DNA of 63,488 bases, counting the filler, from Bigelowiella natans CCMP2755 (Eukaryota > Protista > Cercozoa): the NCBI GenBank assembly GCA_000320545.1. It is 7 parts of 7 records of this genome, joined end to end, with 100 filler letters (N's around TTAATTAATTAA, not from the genome) between each part and the next. Parts side by side here need not be neighbours in the genome. Positions count along the whole stretch, not along the records: positions 44,487 to 49,060 come from ADNK01000217.1; positions 49,161 to 52,372 come from ADNK01001808.1; positions 52,473 to 61,818 come from ADNK01003600.1; 4 more parts are not named here. One strand, given 5' to 3'. Each line of letters starts with the position of its first letter. Within the stretch, counting starts at the first letter, position 1. Positions 44,573 to 57,281 of this stretch are shown here, piece after piece. The position numbers were made by a program, and so were the translations under genes. Below the pieces are notes generated by a model. It worked only from the letters and a program-made list of their open reading frames with translations, made no database searches and was not told the DNA's origin.

Positions 44573-45467
44573 ATCGGGCACCGTTGGGCGCGCCCAGGGC
44601 TTGGGTTTGGGGATTTCTTCCACGAAAAATTTGCCAGTTGGATCGTCGAGATATCAAAGACGCGCATTGGCGGGCGGGGGGGGCCCCAGGGGGGGAGGAC
44701 TACGACGACAGCAGCACCGCAGGAGGGGGGGGGGGGGGGGAGGGCCCCTTCCCTTCCACCTCCTCGATGTGGCGACGAGAGAATCGTCCAGCATGTTAGC
44801 TTTCTCGTCTACTCGTGGGACAGGCTACTTCGGCTTCTACACCCCTACATGCCGTTTGCTACTGAGGTCATCTTTCAGATAATGCATAGAGCTGTTAAGA
44901 GAGGAGGAGGAGGAGGAGGCGGCGGCGGTGGCAGCAGCAGCGGTAAAAGCGGCGGTGTAAGTTGCCCGCATCATCAAATCGGGGGGGGGGGGGACGAACC
45001 GCGAGCGGCTCAAGGCAGCGGGGCGATGGAATAGAACTTCTCCGACTACCGCAGGTGGTTAATCCGAATCTCCGTCGTTGAATTCATGCTCCTGTGCGGG
45101 GGGGGAGGGGGGGGGGGGGGGGTAAAATAAGAGTCACGCTGATTCTGCTCTGTGGGTATGATTGGTCATTTAAACAGGAATGCACGCTCTCATGTCGCAA
45201 TCTTGGCCAAGAGCAGCTTGCAGAGGAAGCATGGCTGCTCCAAAGGGAGACGCGGAGAAGGCCGACGGCTGTGGTAGCGGTGCTGAGGGAGGGGGCGTTG
45301 TCACCGCGAACAACGCTCTGAAATCACTTGGTTTGTGTACACTAGTGCATGGTTGTAATTGCTTGTCGTTTGCAGTGTCTGTAAGGTATAATGACGATGA
45401 TGACGACGATGATGATGATGATGAAGATGGCAGCAGCAGAGGTTGGAGTCGCTCCGCCACCCGACGT

Positions 45468-45517
<50 letters not shown>

Positions 45518-45910
45518 TGTGTGCTTGATCAGTAACGAGTATCCGAAACATACGGGCAGTCTACAAGCTCGACTCGAAGCAGAAGCTCAATGCTACGACT
45601 ATATATGTCGCGGCTCAGGGAGCTTGCTGCTCGCCCTCAGATGGCAGCTCCTCCGCCGTCGTAACGACCCTTTTGGAAGCACTCGAATCGCAGGCTGCCG
45701 TCATCGGTAACACATCCTATTGCATATCGTAGCTAGCTGTGGTAGGTCTCATCATGGTGGTGGATGACGTGTTGGACGATCATGAGTTCACTTCTCCCCC
45801 CCCCCCCCCCCCCCCCCTTCTGCCTCCGTCTTTGCACTTTCGCAACCGAAAATCACAAGCGGCGCTGTGCACCATTGACCCCAAGGGCCTTCGATTCCTT
45901 AACACCACGG

Positions 45911-45946
<36 letters not shown>

Positions 45947-46531
45947 TCAAAGTAGTGGGGGAGGTTGTCCAGGGGGGCTTGGAATTCGAGATTCACTTGC
46001 ATACTAGGAGCCTCGTAGGACTAGCACGTGATCAGGTCAGTGTTACGGAAGTCTCGACAGCAGTAGCAGCAGCAGCAGAAGCAGCAGCAGCAGCATTCTC
46101 AGGGAGTGCGTGCTATGCTAGCATGCACTGTTTATGATCATCTATGATTACCATTTTGAGAGACTGCCCCCCACGTCTTGCCAGGAGCGTCTGGGTAGGA
46201 AACGTGCCAATCTCGAAGCTCTCATCGCCGCACTCGAGGTCAAGCTCAGCAATACGGAGTTCTCGCACAAAGCGCATCCCAACCAGGTTGATTAAAAACG
46301 CTGAGAGCATAATGTCTTAAGCGTATGCATCATCCTCTGCTTCCTCGACGCCTTTATCTACCAGACGTGGTATTGCAATGGATGTTGCCTTCGCCAATCG
46401 AAGCTCCCGAGGCGCTGGCGCTCATCCTTTGTTTGTATCTCTGGCAGGTTGGTGCAGTGCGGTCACAGCATGCAGCGAAGTGTCGGGAACTTGAAGAACT
46501 TCTATCGAGTATCAACGCTAGCAGATTATAA
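44573..46531 (+). CDS. valS: Valyl-tRNA synthetase, C-terminal part (anticodon-binding + coiled-coil), probably organellar
   Basis: DFFHEKFASWIVEISKTRI, LLRLLHPYMPFATEVIFQ, ALMSQSWP, ERLGRKRANLEALIAALEVKLSNTEFSHKAHP|VGAVRSQ...RL*: class Ia anticodon domain plus the ValRS-specific C-terminal arm. Confidence 0.85.
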
Positions 46532-47469
46532 GGGTGACGCAGTGTGTGCGTGTTTTACATTTTGTAGCTAGGTCATGTGCTTCTACACCTCTTACCTGTG
46601 AGTGTAGACGCGCGCGCAGGCGCGCACACAATGTTCGATTCACACACAAAACACATGCACACATGCTCCTCCTCTGTGCTACGTACATTCAGCTCAAGCA
46701 TATCTGTGCATGCATTCATGCACGTGGTCTGGTAGCGATTCTAATACGTTCATCATGGCCTTTTCTAGCTCATGTGCACATGCATCGCAGGTTGTACACA
46801 AAATGATGACCGCAAAACGATGACATGTCACACGCAATGTCGATGCACGCAGCACAGTGCGTAGCATGCACACGATGCCTAGTCAATGAGCTTTTGCCAT
46901 GCTATATTTGCACATGTGGTGCTACGTACACGTTTATTCGAAAACGTTCGTACAGTATCACATGCTCTGCGTGCACACCTAGCCTGTTATTTAAGCAGTT
47001 TCACGTTCGACTTGCATGTGTGCACATCTTGTAGCGCCATGTTTGTGGTGTAAAACGTTGTAAAAGTTCAATCGTATGTGTTCTGATCTTTCGCATGACA
47101 CATAATTCTATAATCATACACGTACCACTCTAGCACTACATGAGGATGACCATTAAACAAATTTAATTGATTCATTACTACATCCGTCTTACATGTACGT
47201 ACCACTGCATGAACGCATGCAGCGTGCATGTTGCATTGCAAAATGTATGCAAGGATGCATGCACGCAGGATATACAGCGCTGCTAGACTGCATTTGGAGT
47301 GTGCGTGCGACGATTTTAATAGCTATGTATCATGCACTACAATGAATGTACTCTGCATGTAGCCTATACGAATTTCAATGGCGGTCCGCATCTATTGTTT
47401 TTAATGACAACGAATCATTTGCATGATGCTCTCCTATTTTTTTACATTTGCAAGCACACGGTTCCACGC

Positions 47470-48993
47470 TCATGCCTTTGGCTTAGTTGGTGTTCCGCTA
47501 GATTTCTCGGACGATATAGATGGTGGGTTCTCGAGTAGTGGCTCATTTACAATTCTTTCATATTGTCTTTCTATGGACGACATCGTTGGGAGTAGAGATG
47601 GAGGTTCCTGCCCATCAAGGTTAATCGAACTGATGGACATTGATTTTTTCATCATTGGAATATCGCTGCTCATCGTAGATTTTGCCACCTCTCGCAGCAT
47701 GTCTGAATTCCCATCATTCCAGGATGAACTAGAAGATTTTGAAGTTGGAGGAGGAGGAGGAATTGATGTTTGAGGATTAGTAGTAGCTGGCCGTGGGCCG
47801 TCTCCATACTTATTCGTGAACCTCTCTGAAGTGGTGATATCAGGAGACGTCGGATTCTTTGACACGTTTGAAGGAGGCCCATCATTCTGGGAGAAATTGG
47901 GGCGTATTAGAGGAGGAACAGGAGGATTAGGGCGCCATTCGGATAATGATGGCTGAGAATTGGCGGCAGGTAGCAAACTAGCTGGCCTACTAGGGTCTCC
48001 TCCATGCTTCGCGTCTCCATACTTCGTGCCTCCACGTTGTTTCTTAGATTTCTCTGCGGTGAACCTGTTGGCCCCAACAACGATCCCAGAGCTAGAAGTA
48101 GCTGCTGCCGTTTCAATTACAGATGGCCCTCCGCTCACTTTCTCAGTCTGGTTGCATATGTGAGGCCTCTGAGGCCTGTTCACAGGGCACTTACACTCTC
48201 CGCAGTGGCCAGGGTGCTTGAAAGGCCTGACACAGTACGGTTTCCTTTGGCAGGGCTTGCCCTTGTGCTTATTCAAGCTATCTTTCAGCCGCTTCACTGT
48301 CTTTCCAAATTTGTCCTTTAGGACCTCCTGCTTTGGCTTCTTCTTCTTCTTTTTGCGCGTCTGGCTGACGGGCTTCGGAGTGTAGAGGACACATTCCATT
48401 CCCTTGCGGGAACATCGCTGGCACGTCTTCCCGCCTTCGAGCATCTTGCACGCAACCTTGCTTTTGTTGCAGGCTACGCAAGCGCGCTTTGCGCGGGTAG
48501 GTTTCATCGGCGGAATATGATGTGCGAAGGTATTTGGCGCATATAGGTTTGGCCTTCGTGGAGGTTCTACTAATGGCAATGAAGACGCGGCTGGTTGTGA
48601 TGATGGGGGTGGTGGGGGGGGTGGGGGGGGTGGGGCCAGTGGTGGATGTGCTAACTGCTGAAATCTTCTATTTTGTTGAGGTAGATGGTCAGTGCTCATC
48701 GTAGAGAGCATCATGTCGCTCTGAGATCTGCTGAAGCTCGAAAAATTAGAATTCTCTCTACCCATATCTCCAAGAACGCTAATCTCTCTTGCTAAGGGGG
48801 GATCTGAAACTTTTGCACCATGATTGGGTAAACCGACGTTCGAGATTGTACGGTTGCTCATAGTTTCTTTCTCTTGTTGTAGGCTCTTCGTCAGCTCCTG
48901 CAAAAGCGTTGGAGAAGCAAACATTCTAGCTTCACTGCGCGGAATATTCATTGACACCATTTGGGGAAGCGTCATCGTTGTTCGTTCCATCAT
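47470..48993 (-). CDS. Zn(II)2Cys6 binuclear-cluster transcription factor; may extend past contig end
   Basis: RAKRACVACNKSKVACKMLEGGKTCQRCSRKGMECV fits C-x2-C-x6-C-x8-C-x2-C-x6-C; polylysine NLS; second Cys/His motif downstream. Confidence 0.9.
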   Translation of the reverse strand: MMERTTMTLPQMVSMNIPRSEARMFASPTLLQELTKSLQQEKETMSNRTISNVGLPNHGAKVSDPPLAREISVLGDMGRENSNFSSFSRSQSDMMLSTMSTDHLPQQNRRFQQLAHPPLAPPPPPPPPPPSSQPAASSLPLVEPPRRPNLYAPNTFAHHIPPMKPTRAKRACVACNKSKVACKMLEGGKTCQRCSRKGMECVLYTPKPVSQTRKKKKKKPKQEVLKDKFGKTVKRLKDSLNKHKGKPCQRKPYCVRPFKHPGHCGECKCPVNRPQRPHICNQTEKVSGGPSVIETAAATSSSGIVVGANRFTAEKSKKQRGGTKYGDAKHGGDPSRPASLLPAANSQPSLSEWRPNPPVPPLIRPNFSQNDGPPSNVSKNPTSPDITTSERFTNKYGDGPRPATTNPQTSIPPPPPTSKSSSSSWNDGNSDMLREVAKSTMSSDIPMMKKSMSISSINLDGQEPPSLLPTMSSIERQYERIVNEPLLENPPSISSEKSSGTPTKPKA

Positions 48994-49060
48994 CAGAAGA
49001 TGCGAGGCTGATGAGAGTGAGAATCGAGTCTGACTCTCTTGTTCAAGTGATGGAGGCCCC

Positions 49061-49160
49061 NNNNNNNNNNNNNNNNNNNNNNNNNNNNNNNNNNNNNNNN
49101 NNNNTTAATTAATTAANNNNNNNNNNNNNNNNNNNNNNNNNNNNNNNNNNNNNNNNNNNN
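49061..49160. other. Artificial contig linker
   Basis: N-run/TTAATTAATTAA/N-run. Confidence 0.99.
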
Positions 49161-49316
49161 TCATGGACTTGATGAACATATTTGCGTACCTAGTTTGATC
49201 GGGAAGAAAGAGAAAATTCTGTAACCCTGAAGGAGGAAGACAAAGTAAAAAAGAAAAAGGAATTGTTAAGGTGGACGCTAAAGTGGATGTAGGAACAGCT
49301 AAAGAGGCGAAGTTCG

Positions 49317-49749
49317 ATGATGAAGTTTATCTATACCAAGTCTTTTACTGTTTTTAGAGGCACTTTAGAGGAGGAATGCATGTCACCTTCTCAGGCTTTG
49401 CAAACGCCCGACTGGTTATTTCGGGAGTTTGTAAAGACTCTTCCAAAGGACTCTAGGAAGAAAAGGAGAAAAGGATTTGCTGTACTTAGTCTCACTCTGG
49501 AAGACTATGAACACCTAAAACAAAACACTGATTGAGATCCCGCTAAACTTTGGTGCATGTACTCCGGGAGTTAGACGCACCCTCCTTTCAGGCGCGCGGG
49601 ATGCACTCACCCCCACCGCCATTCTCACAAAAAAAAACACAAAATCAACACACACACACACACACACACACCCACACACCCAACAGGCACACACACTGCC
49701 ACACACCACATATACACACCCACAACGAATATATATATTATAATATACA

Positions 49750-49846
<97 letters not shown>

Positions 49847-49935
49847 GAATATAAATATATATTAATATTGTATATTATATTGTATAGATCTGTAGTATGT
49901 GTGTATATGTTGTGTGTATATAGTGTGTGTATATG

Positions 49936-49971
<36 letters not shown>

Positions 49972-50212
49972 TGATATTTTGCCTTATTTTTTTAAAATTG
50001 CGGTTTCGGCGAATGCTTTCCTCGTGCCTTCTTTCATTTCCCCCCTTAGATTCTCTTCTTTTCCCAATAATAGTAACTCTTTCTTCTTGCTGTGCAGGGC
50101 TTCTTTTACGCGAAGGAGTTGAAGGATTGGGCCAAGTACAGCACCTCTCGAGGCTATTTAGACGCGTACAACGAGACGGAGACGATGGCCTACATCAACA
50201 GCGTTCGGTCAG

Positions 50213-50256
<44 letters not shown>

Positions 50257-50494
50257 CATCAACAGGCAACAACGACGATTAGGCAACAACGACGATTAGG
50301 AATGATTAAATCATGAAGATGGTGGTGGTCTTGCAGGGGTGGTAGCGGGGAAGGGGAGATCGTAACATAGCGTCTTTGAAAGGAAGAAACTACACGTCTC
50401 TCTCCTCCCAGTCCACGCATATGTCGGTTTTGGGTGCTTTAATTGGGAGATAATACACAAAACGGTGCGATGAATAACATGGTGTCCTTCTCCG

Positions 50495-50527
<33 letters not shown>

Positions 50528-50684
50528 AGGGACGGCTCCTTGGGAGGAAATCGGATGTGGGCCATTCTCGCCGCGTACGTGTACGATGTGGCGGTGTACA
50601 TGTGGTTCAACAAGAAGGTGGGAAAGGCGAATAAGCGCGGCATTTTTTGCATACTAGAAGATGTGTGTGTTGTGTATATAAATA

Positions 50685-50727
<43 letters not shown>

Positions 50728-50776
50728 CGTGTGTGTGTGGTGTGTGTCTTATTTTGCAGTATGAATTACCCCCCCC

Positions 50777-50821
<45 letters not shown>

Positions 50822-51092
50822 AGTGTGTGTGTGTGTGTGTATGAGTGTATGTCTGTGTGTTTAAAAACAAACAAAACGATGATTTGTCTCCTCCTCCTCC
50901 TCCTCCTCCTCCTCCTCCTCCTTTCTTTTGCAATAACCAACAGCTGGCGCAGGATGAGTCATTTGACTATGTAAATCCCACGAATTCGCGCATTGCTGTT
51001 GGCCTCTCAGTCTCCGACGAGGTAGCGTTCGTTAAGCTGCTGCTACTTCGAGAGGGGGTGGGTTGGAGAAGGACTTCGAGGCTTGATAGTAT

Positions 51093-51127
<35 letters not shown>

Positions 51128-51664
51128 AGTAGAGGCATAAGTAGTTGTTGTAGCAGTCGGAAGATGGAGGTGTATGGTTCTTCTGTGTGTGTTTTCCAAA
51201 GATCTTTCCTTTGTCGCCATATCCGCTGATTCGTTTGCCTTTCTTATTAGATTGATTCTGCCATTGAAGCGTCTTCTTCCGCGAAAGAGTAGGGTCGGAG
51301 GCAGATGGGACACGATAAGCCCTGATCCGGAGCGTGTTACTGATGCTCTCGACTACAACACCACCATTCCTGAGGTTTGCCCTTGTCCCTACGATATATG
51401 AGTGAGAGAGCGGGAGAGAGAGGGGAGGGGGGGGGGGAGGAGAGAGGTTGTGCGTACAAGTATGTGTGCTTTAGTGTGTGTTATGGGAGAAATAAGCCGC
51501 AATACGCAGTAGTGTTGTTTTGGCATGTTTGGTTGACGAGACGTGTATTGCAGGAGCTCGTGGGGACGTCACTCAATTATGCCTATAGAGGACGAGCGGA
51601 GATGGGCAAACCCTGGCCAAAAGAAGCAGTTGAGCCAATATTATTTTGATATGTAGATACATAT

Positions 51665-51703
<39 letters not shown>

Positions 51704-51885
51704 TATATGTTATATACTACGATTCATCATTCTTTCTTCTTGCTCGCGCTCTCTCTTTCTCTCTTTCTCTCCCTCTTCCGCGTGCTCTCACCTGTGTTTT
51801 CTCGTTGTTGATATGTATATTAGGGTGCCCCAGGCCTTGGATGGCTGGAGGACGACTGGAAAACTCTCCACGAGTACCTTACCGC

Positions 51886-51920
<35 letters not shown>

Positions 51921-51963
51921 ATACACGACGATAAATCGTGCATTTTGATGTCCTAGTGGTGCG

Positions 51964-52004
<41 letters not shown>

Positions 52005-52279
52005 TGTGTGTGTGCGTGTGAGTGTGTCCTTCCAAAGGGCAAGATGCTGTTCGCTGTGTTTTCGGTATGACCCTTAAATGCTGAGCTGGATGGTCCTGTC
52101 ACCCCCTTCGCAGGTATGAGGAGTCAATCAAGGAAGATGAGGAGGCGTTAGAGGAAGAGCCTCCTCGGCGCACTCGGGGCCGGCCAAAAGCTAGAGCGAG
52201 GCCAGCGCGGGGGGGGGGCAAGGTCTACAACGTCAGGAGGTCGGCAGGGCTATTGGCCTCTCTCTCCGGCTCAGGGTAA
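49317..52279 (+). CDS. Multi-exon hypothetical protein with weak OTU-like segment and C-terminal AT-hook
   Basis: Exons GFFYAKELKDW..MAYINSVR|DGSLGGNRMWAILAAYVYDVAVYMW..|LAQDESFDYVNP..; last exon has RRTRGRPKAR and stops at 52279. Confidence 0.4.
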
Positions 52280-52372
52280 CAAGACACACAATGATGAAGA
52301 AGATGCTGATAATATCGATTAAGTCGAGCTGTATGAGAATCCTTGATTTTTGACTAACGTTTGGCTGCTGAC

Positions 52373-52472
52373 NNNNNNNNNNNNNNNNNNNNNNNNNNNN
52401 NNNNNNNNNNNNNNNNTTAATTAATTAANNNNNNNNNNNNNNNNNNNNNNNNNNNNNNNNNNNNNNNNNNNN
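52373..52472. other. Artificial contig linker
   Basis: N-run/TTAATTAATTAA/N-run. Confidence 0.99.
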
Positions 52473-52829
52473 GAGAGAGAGAGAGAGGAGGAGGTTAAGC
52501 GAGGCTGGGAGAAGAGGTCACGTCACATGTCAGTATCGAGAAAATCCCCATGTATTATCTAAAGCAACAGTTAAAATTATTCACTCAGGGAAATCGCTCC
52601 GCTTTCGTGCTCTCCGCCATTTTAGAATTTGGGTGAGAAAACGACCGAATTATCTCCCACGATATGTCATATTCATATGTCATCCTCTTTACGATGGGCG
52701 GCTTTAGTCAACCCACTGATGATGAAGATGATGGTGATGGTGATGATGATTATGATGACGATGATTCCGTCTCTCGCGACAAGGCCGTTTTGAGAGAAGT
52801 GCCATCGTCAGTGTATGTTTTCGTCTAGG

Positions 52830-52864
<35 letters not shown>

Positions 52865-54034
52865 AGTGTGTGTACTTAATGAGCGGATATATTCCCAAAT
52901 TACGAAGACATCGTACAACCAAAAGCACCACCTCGATGACCCCTTTATCCTCCCTTCCCTTCTTCCCTTATCACAGGTCGGAAGCAGCTAAGAAACGACT
53001 ACTGGCTCTCCTCAAGCCCTTACAGAGCGAGCTGCAAAATGACAAGAATGCATCGAAGGTAGGCCGTCGGAGGCGATGACAACTGTTTTTTGATTATCTG
53101 TTTACTTATTTGGCTTTTGTGATGCTCAGGGCACCAAAGTTCTCGTCAAGTGTGCCTCGTCGAGATAGAAGTGACGATTATTATGATGAGCTGAAGTGGA
53201 ATCGCTGCTGCAGCGATGGATTTGCTGCTTTTGGTATGCACACAGATTGCACGTTGCTAAATCTAGAAATGATGGGTATTCATGCTGTGTCATGACTCGA
53301 TCATGCTAGCATGGCGTCATCAGCAATAGATGCAAAAATGTTTACGTCGCATCGTTGTCGCGTAGTAGACACTATATATGATATATACGTATGTCTATTG
53401 TGACGCCACGTATGTGCCATTCTAGCATTTGAAGCGTGCGCACATCACACATGTGCACATAGCACACTACAGCGCAGCCAAGCAAAACTTTGTAGGTGCG
53501 TGCGTAACCCACGCTAGCTCGGATCCTATACATGCATGGCCATGTCGCATGGCCTCAATGACTTTTGGAAAAAATGGATATATTCACTACATCTGTTTCA
53601 TATCGCATGACATTGGTCATCGGCACAATTAATGGGCAGTTCGTGTTTCGCAATCGTCGTTATGATTTTCTGCGCACGTACGTATGTGTCGCTTTTAGAT
53701 CATCGAACATATTCATCGCCGAGCTAGCAAGCTAGGATCTTGCAATGCATTGCAAAAGTTGGTCAGTCGTTGTATGTGTCTAACAAGTGGCGGTGTAACC
53801 GCTGCTTTGCATAGCTACACGTAACACATTAGCATGACTATTGAAAAGATTTAATCACTTCATTACGTCCGTCTCGTATATATAAGTGGCGTCTTGCTAG
53901 CCAAACGGGCACGTACAAGGTGAACAAGTTCAGCAGGTCAATAACTAACGACGTAGGTTTTTGGATGTTTCGACGAGTGAAAATTGTCTGTTCAATATAT
54001 CCCCCCTTTCATATTCAGATTAGTCGATTTGTCA

Positions 54035-57016
54035 TTAGCCTGGAATAAGGAAGGACCCATTGGTAAAACTGTGCAAGGTGCTTCTCCTGTGAATAAGGTG
54101 AGAACTCTTAAGCCTTCCTCTTCCTCTTTCTAATTTCCTTTTTTGAGTTTTCCTTTTTGGATTTCCTTCGCTTTCGCCTCCTGTGATTCCTCCTTGAAGA
54201 CGACGATGCCGCTTCTCCGTCATTGTCCTCGTCTTGGCTGATGCAAAAACAACACCTCAAAATCAGCCAAATTCAATATTAGGGCATTCGCCACTCTCTT
54301 TTGCCATGCTACTAACTGCAAGCATTAGCTACAATGCGGTACGTTAGTTTAAAGACATTCTCACGGAGTTGAGGACACCGTTGATATTTTCTCGCTCTTT
54401 GACACGGTGTTGACCGCATCCCAGAGCACAACGCATCGGTTTCATCCTCCGTCTAGGTTTCTAAATTTGGGTGAAAGAAAGCTTGCTGCTATCCGTTCAC
54501 TACGTGGAAATGACCTCACCTGTAGGTCACGAATCTGCTCCCCCACTGTATGTTCTGCTTTCTGTCGTAGCCCCGGAACTTGATAAGGTCGCCGGAAAAA
54601 TTGACGTAGAAGTTAATGTCCGCTTCACCAGGCGCTTTGTAGCTTGTCATTTCCCCCTCCGTCCCCCAAGTTAGGAGGCAATCTGCGAAGTGCCTGAGCT
54701 TCCTTTTTTTATACCCGGTGTCCCGTATCTTCAGTTTCAACGCGCCATTTTTCCTTCTCAGCATCACGTCGTCGTATTGGAAGCCCGGCCCGCCAGGCTT
54801 GGGGAGTTGCCCGTGATCATCTTCCTCGTAAACATCATCATCAAAACGGGTTGGAGGGGAACCATCGTCGGTGTAAAGCTCCTCCTTTATTTCATAACAC
54901 CTATCAGCATTGCTTCTTATGATCGGCTTCCATTGGTCAGTGCGGCAATCTTCGCCTTTGCTTACGATGCAGTGGTAGGACACTTCTCGGTCGTCGAAGC
55001 TCTTGATCCAAATGTTATTCCTAGAAAGAGAGAGAGGGAGGGAGAGAGAGAGAGAGAGAGAGGGAAAGGGAGAATGTGTAGGTATTGTTGAGTCGGCGGC
55101 AGGGGGGAATTTATAGATGATAGGATTTCATGTCAATATAAGTATATGGAGAATTTGCCTTGCTTTACGGGTCAAGATTATCGCTGGATCCATTCCATAT
55201 AGAGCTGCTCCCATTGAAACGGCCAGCTGAGGCTTTGCACATTTAAATGCGGCAACTCCTTTCACTCTGCTCACTATTTTGAAAAACTTTCGGTTAAGAG
55301 ACAGGCCTCCTGATGCAAGAAGACATAGTCATGCCTATATTGTGACGGATATTTATGAATTCGTTGTACCAGTTACGAGAAATTTGATACTGTGTTTACG
55401 CGAACTCATTCTCCTGAAATCGTTTCTCTTCTTTTTGAAGAAGTCAACCAGCTTTTTGAATGTGGGCTCAAACACTTTCTCGAAAAACTTGGGATACTAA
55501 GCACACGTTCAGTTTTAATTTGCTTGTATTTCAGATTGCGAAAGGTCTCATTGCTTACGAGAAGGAGGCACGCAGTCTCGTCTTTATTCTTTCTTAATTC
55601 AACATCCGTTCTGCCTGAAGAATTGGATAAGGAAAAGCTGTGATACATTATAAGGCCAAACAAACAAAACAACAATAGATGCGGATTTTGCACACCTTCA
55701 AGTGCATCCATGTTTATTTCCTTCGCAAATTCCCGGTCAATATTAAGACATTCAAAAGGGTCTTCGCCACAGTACCACTCTTTCACACTTTTGATAAGTG
55801 ACCGCAAAGAAGAATAGATTTGAGGGTGCTCTGTCTTCAAGCCTTCATATTTCCCAGGGTTGATCTACAAACAGCATCGCCGTGCGCAACGTTAGGTTCT
55901 ATTAATACTTGAGGGCAGTCAAGCACTAAAATAGCAAGGGCACTTTCCCCATTGTAGTATTCAAACAATACACAACGAACCATGCTCTCGATCTCCTTTT
56001 CAATTGCATCATCGATGTCACAGGATCCCACGTCGATGCCCTCAGACTGCAAAAAGTACTGTGAAACGAATATTGTATTTAATTTTCTTTGAATATACAA
56101 CCTGCATGATCTCCCTGAAAGTGCCTTTACTGAGGTCTTCGATGGTCAAACCAGTGCAATCGGTTGTGCCGGCTCCGATATCAAAGACAACGAAGTTTGT
56201 CCCTTCCAAATTTCTATCAGAAAGGTAATGAATCCCTGCCGCGATGGCCTCGTTTACTATGAGCACATTGTTCTCGTCAAGACTCGCCAGTCTTGCAGCT
56301 TGCAACATGAATCTACGTGTCTCAAGTCTCCATCGAGCGGGGATAGTAAGAACCCAGCGGACATTGCGCAGGTCTCTGAAAGAGTAAACAGTCTTTACCC
56401 TTTCAACAATGTAGGAAACGATACCCGCAATGACTTTCACGGCCTATAAAAGCACGTTCAGTTCTTGCTGTCTCACTGCAATAACTTCAACTCGAAAACT
56501 ATACTCGACCATGACCTTTTTCTTACACTTGGCTTCGGTTCCGGTTAAGCCGAACAGCCATGAGTCTCCCCCTATCTCATTTCTGTACATCTGTTTCTTT
56601 GGCTCAGAAAAGAGAGCAAACGCGATCCCGTCACTGAACATCTTCATCTAATAGCACATCAACTCAGGTAAATGTTGAAAATTGGGGAGTTATTCCTACA
56701 TTATTGTATCTTTTCTCAGCTTCCTCCCCGATTGCTATGACTTTATCTTTTTTCAAATCATAGAGCGCGACCGTGGGGATTTTGTTATGATTGCGATCCA
56801 ACCCCACCCAATCTATGAAGGGTTGAGATTGTTTATCGCCCACGGCCCTGGAAACCGCTGTTTTCAGTTCCAAACATGTGTCAAAACGATAACGAGAGAG
56901 GATAAATGCTGACAATAACCGATTCCTGAGGTTCCAATGTCGATCGCGTAAGCTTCCTTGAATGTTTGCTCCTTAAATTTAGGCTGCCTATCCCTAAATG
57001 CGTACCTGTCTGGCAT
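54035..57016 (-). CDS. Divergent Hsp70-family ATPase (HSPA12-like); 3' end uncertain (54035-54520)
   Basis: Spliced motifs in order: AIDIGTSG, KIPTVALYD..IGEEA, VRWVLTIPARW..FMLQAA, VNEAIAAG, FVVFDIGAGTTD, VGSCDIDD, ASGGLS, PQLAVSMGAALYG..IILTRKAR, then INFYVNFSGDLIKFRGYD. WVLTxPAxW and no EEVD point to HSPA12-type. Confidence 0.88.
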
Positions 57017-57281
57017 TATTGATAGGGACTTCAGAGATGGGAGAGCGTTATGGGTTCTGATACCCCGATGCTCTAAATAAGCGTTCTGCCGTAGTGCGGA
57101 AGGCGAAAATGTCGTAGTTTTTGCCTAAAATGTAGTTTTATTTACGTCGCAATGTTAAATTAGGGCCATTTTCCTTCACGGAGAATGCAAAAAGAAACTC
57201 CTTCAGTTTCTGAACCATCTGTCCTCGGTGTTAAGAGTACTCGGAGTTCACGATCGCAGAGGGCGACAAAAACGGCTCAAA

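Noticed and set aside
50264-50300. 17-bp tandem duplication GGCAACAACGACGATTA
   Set aside because: Two copies with no spacer in an intron; ordinary slippage, not CRISPR-like.
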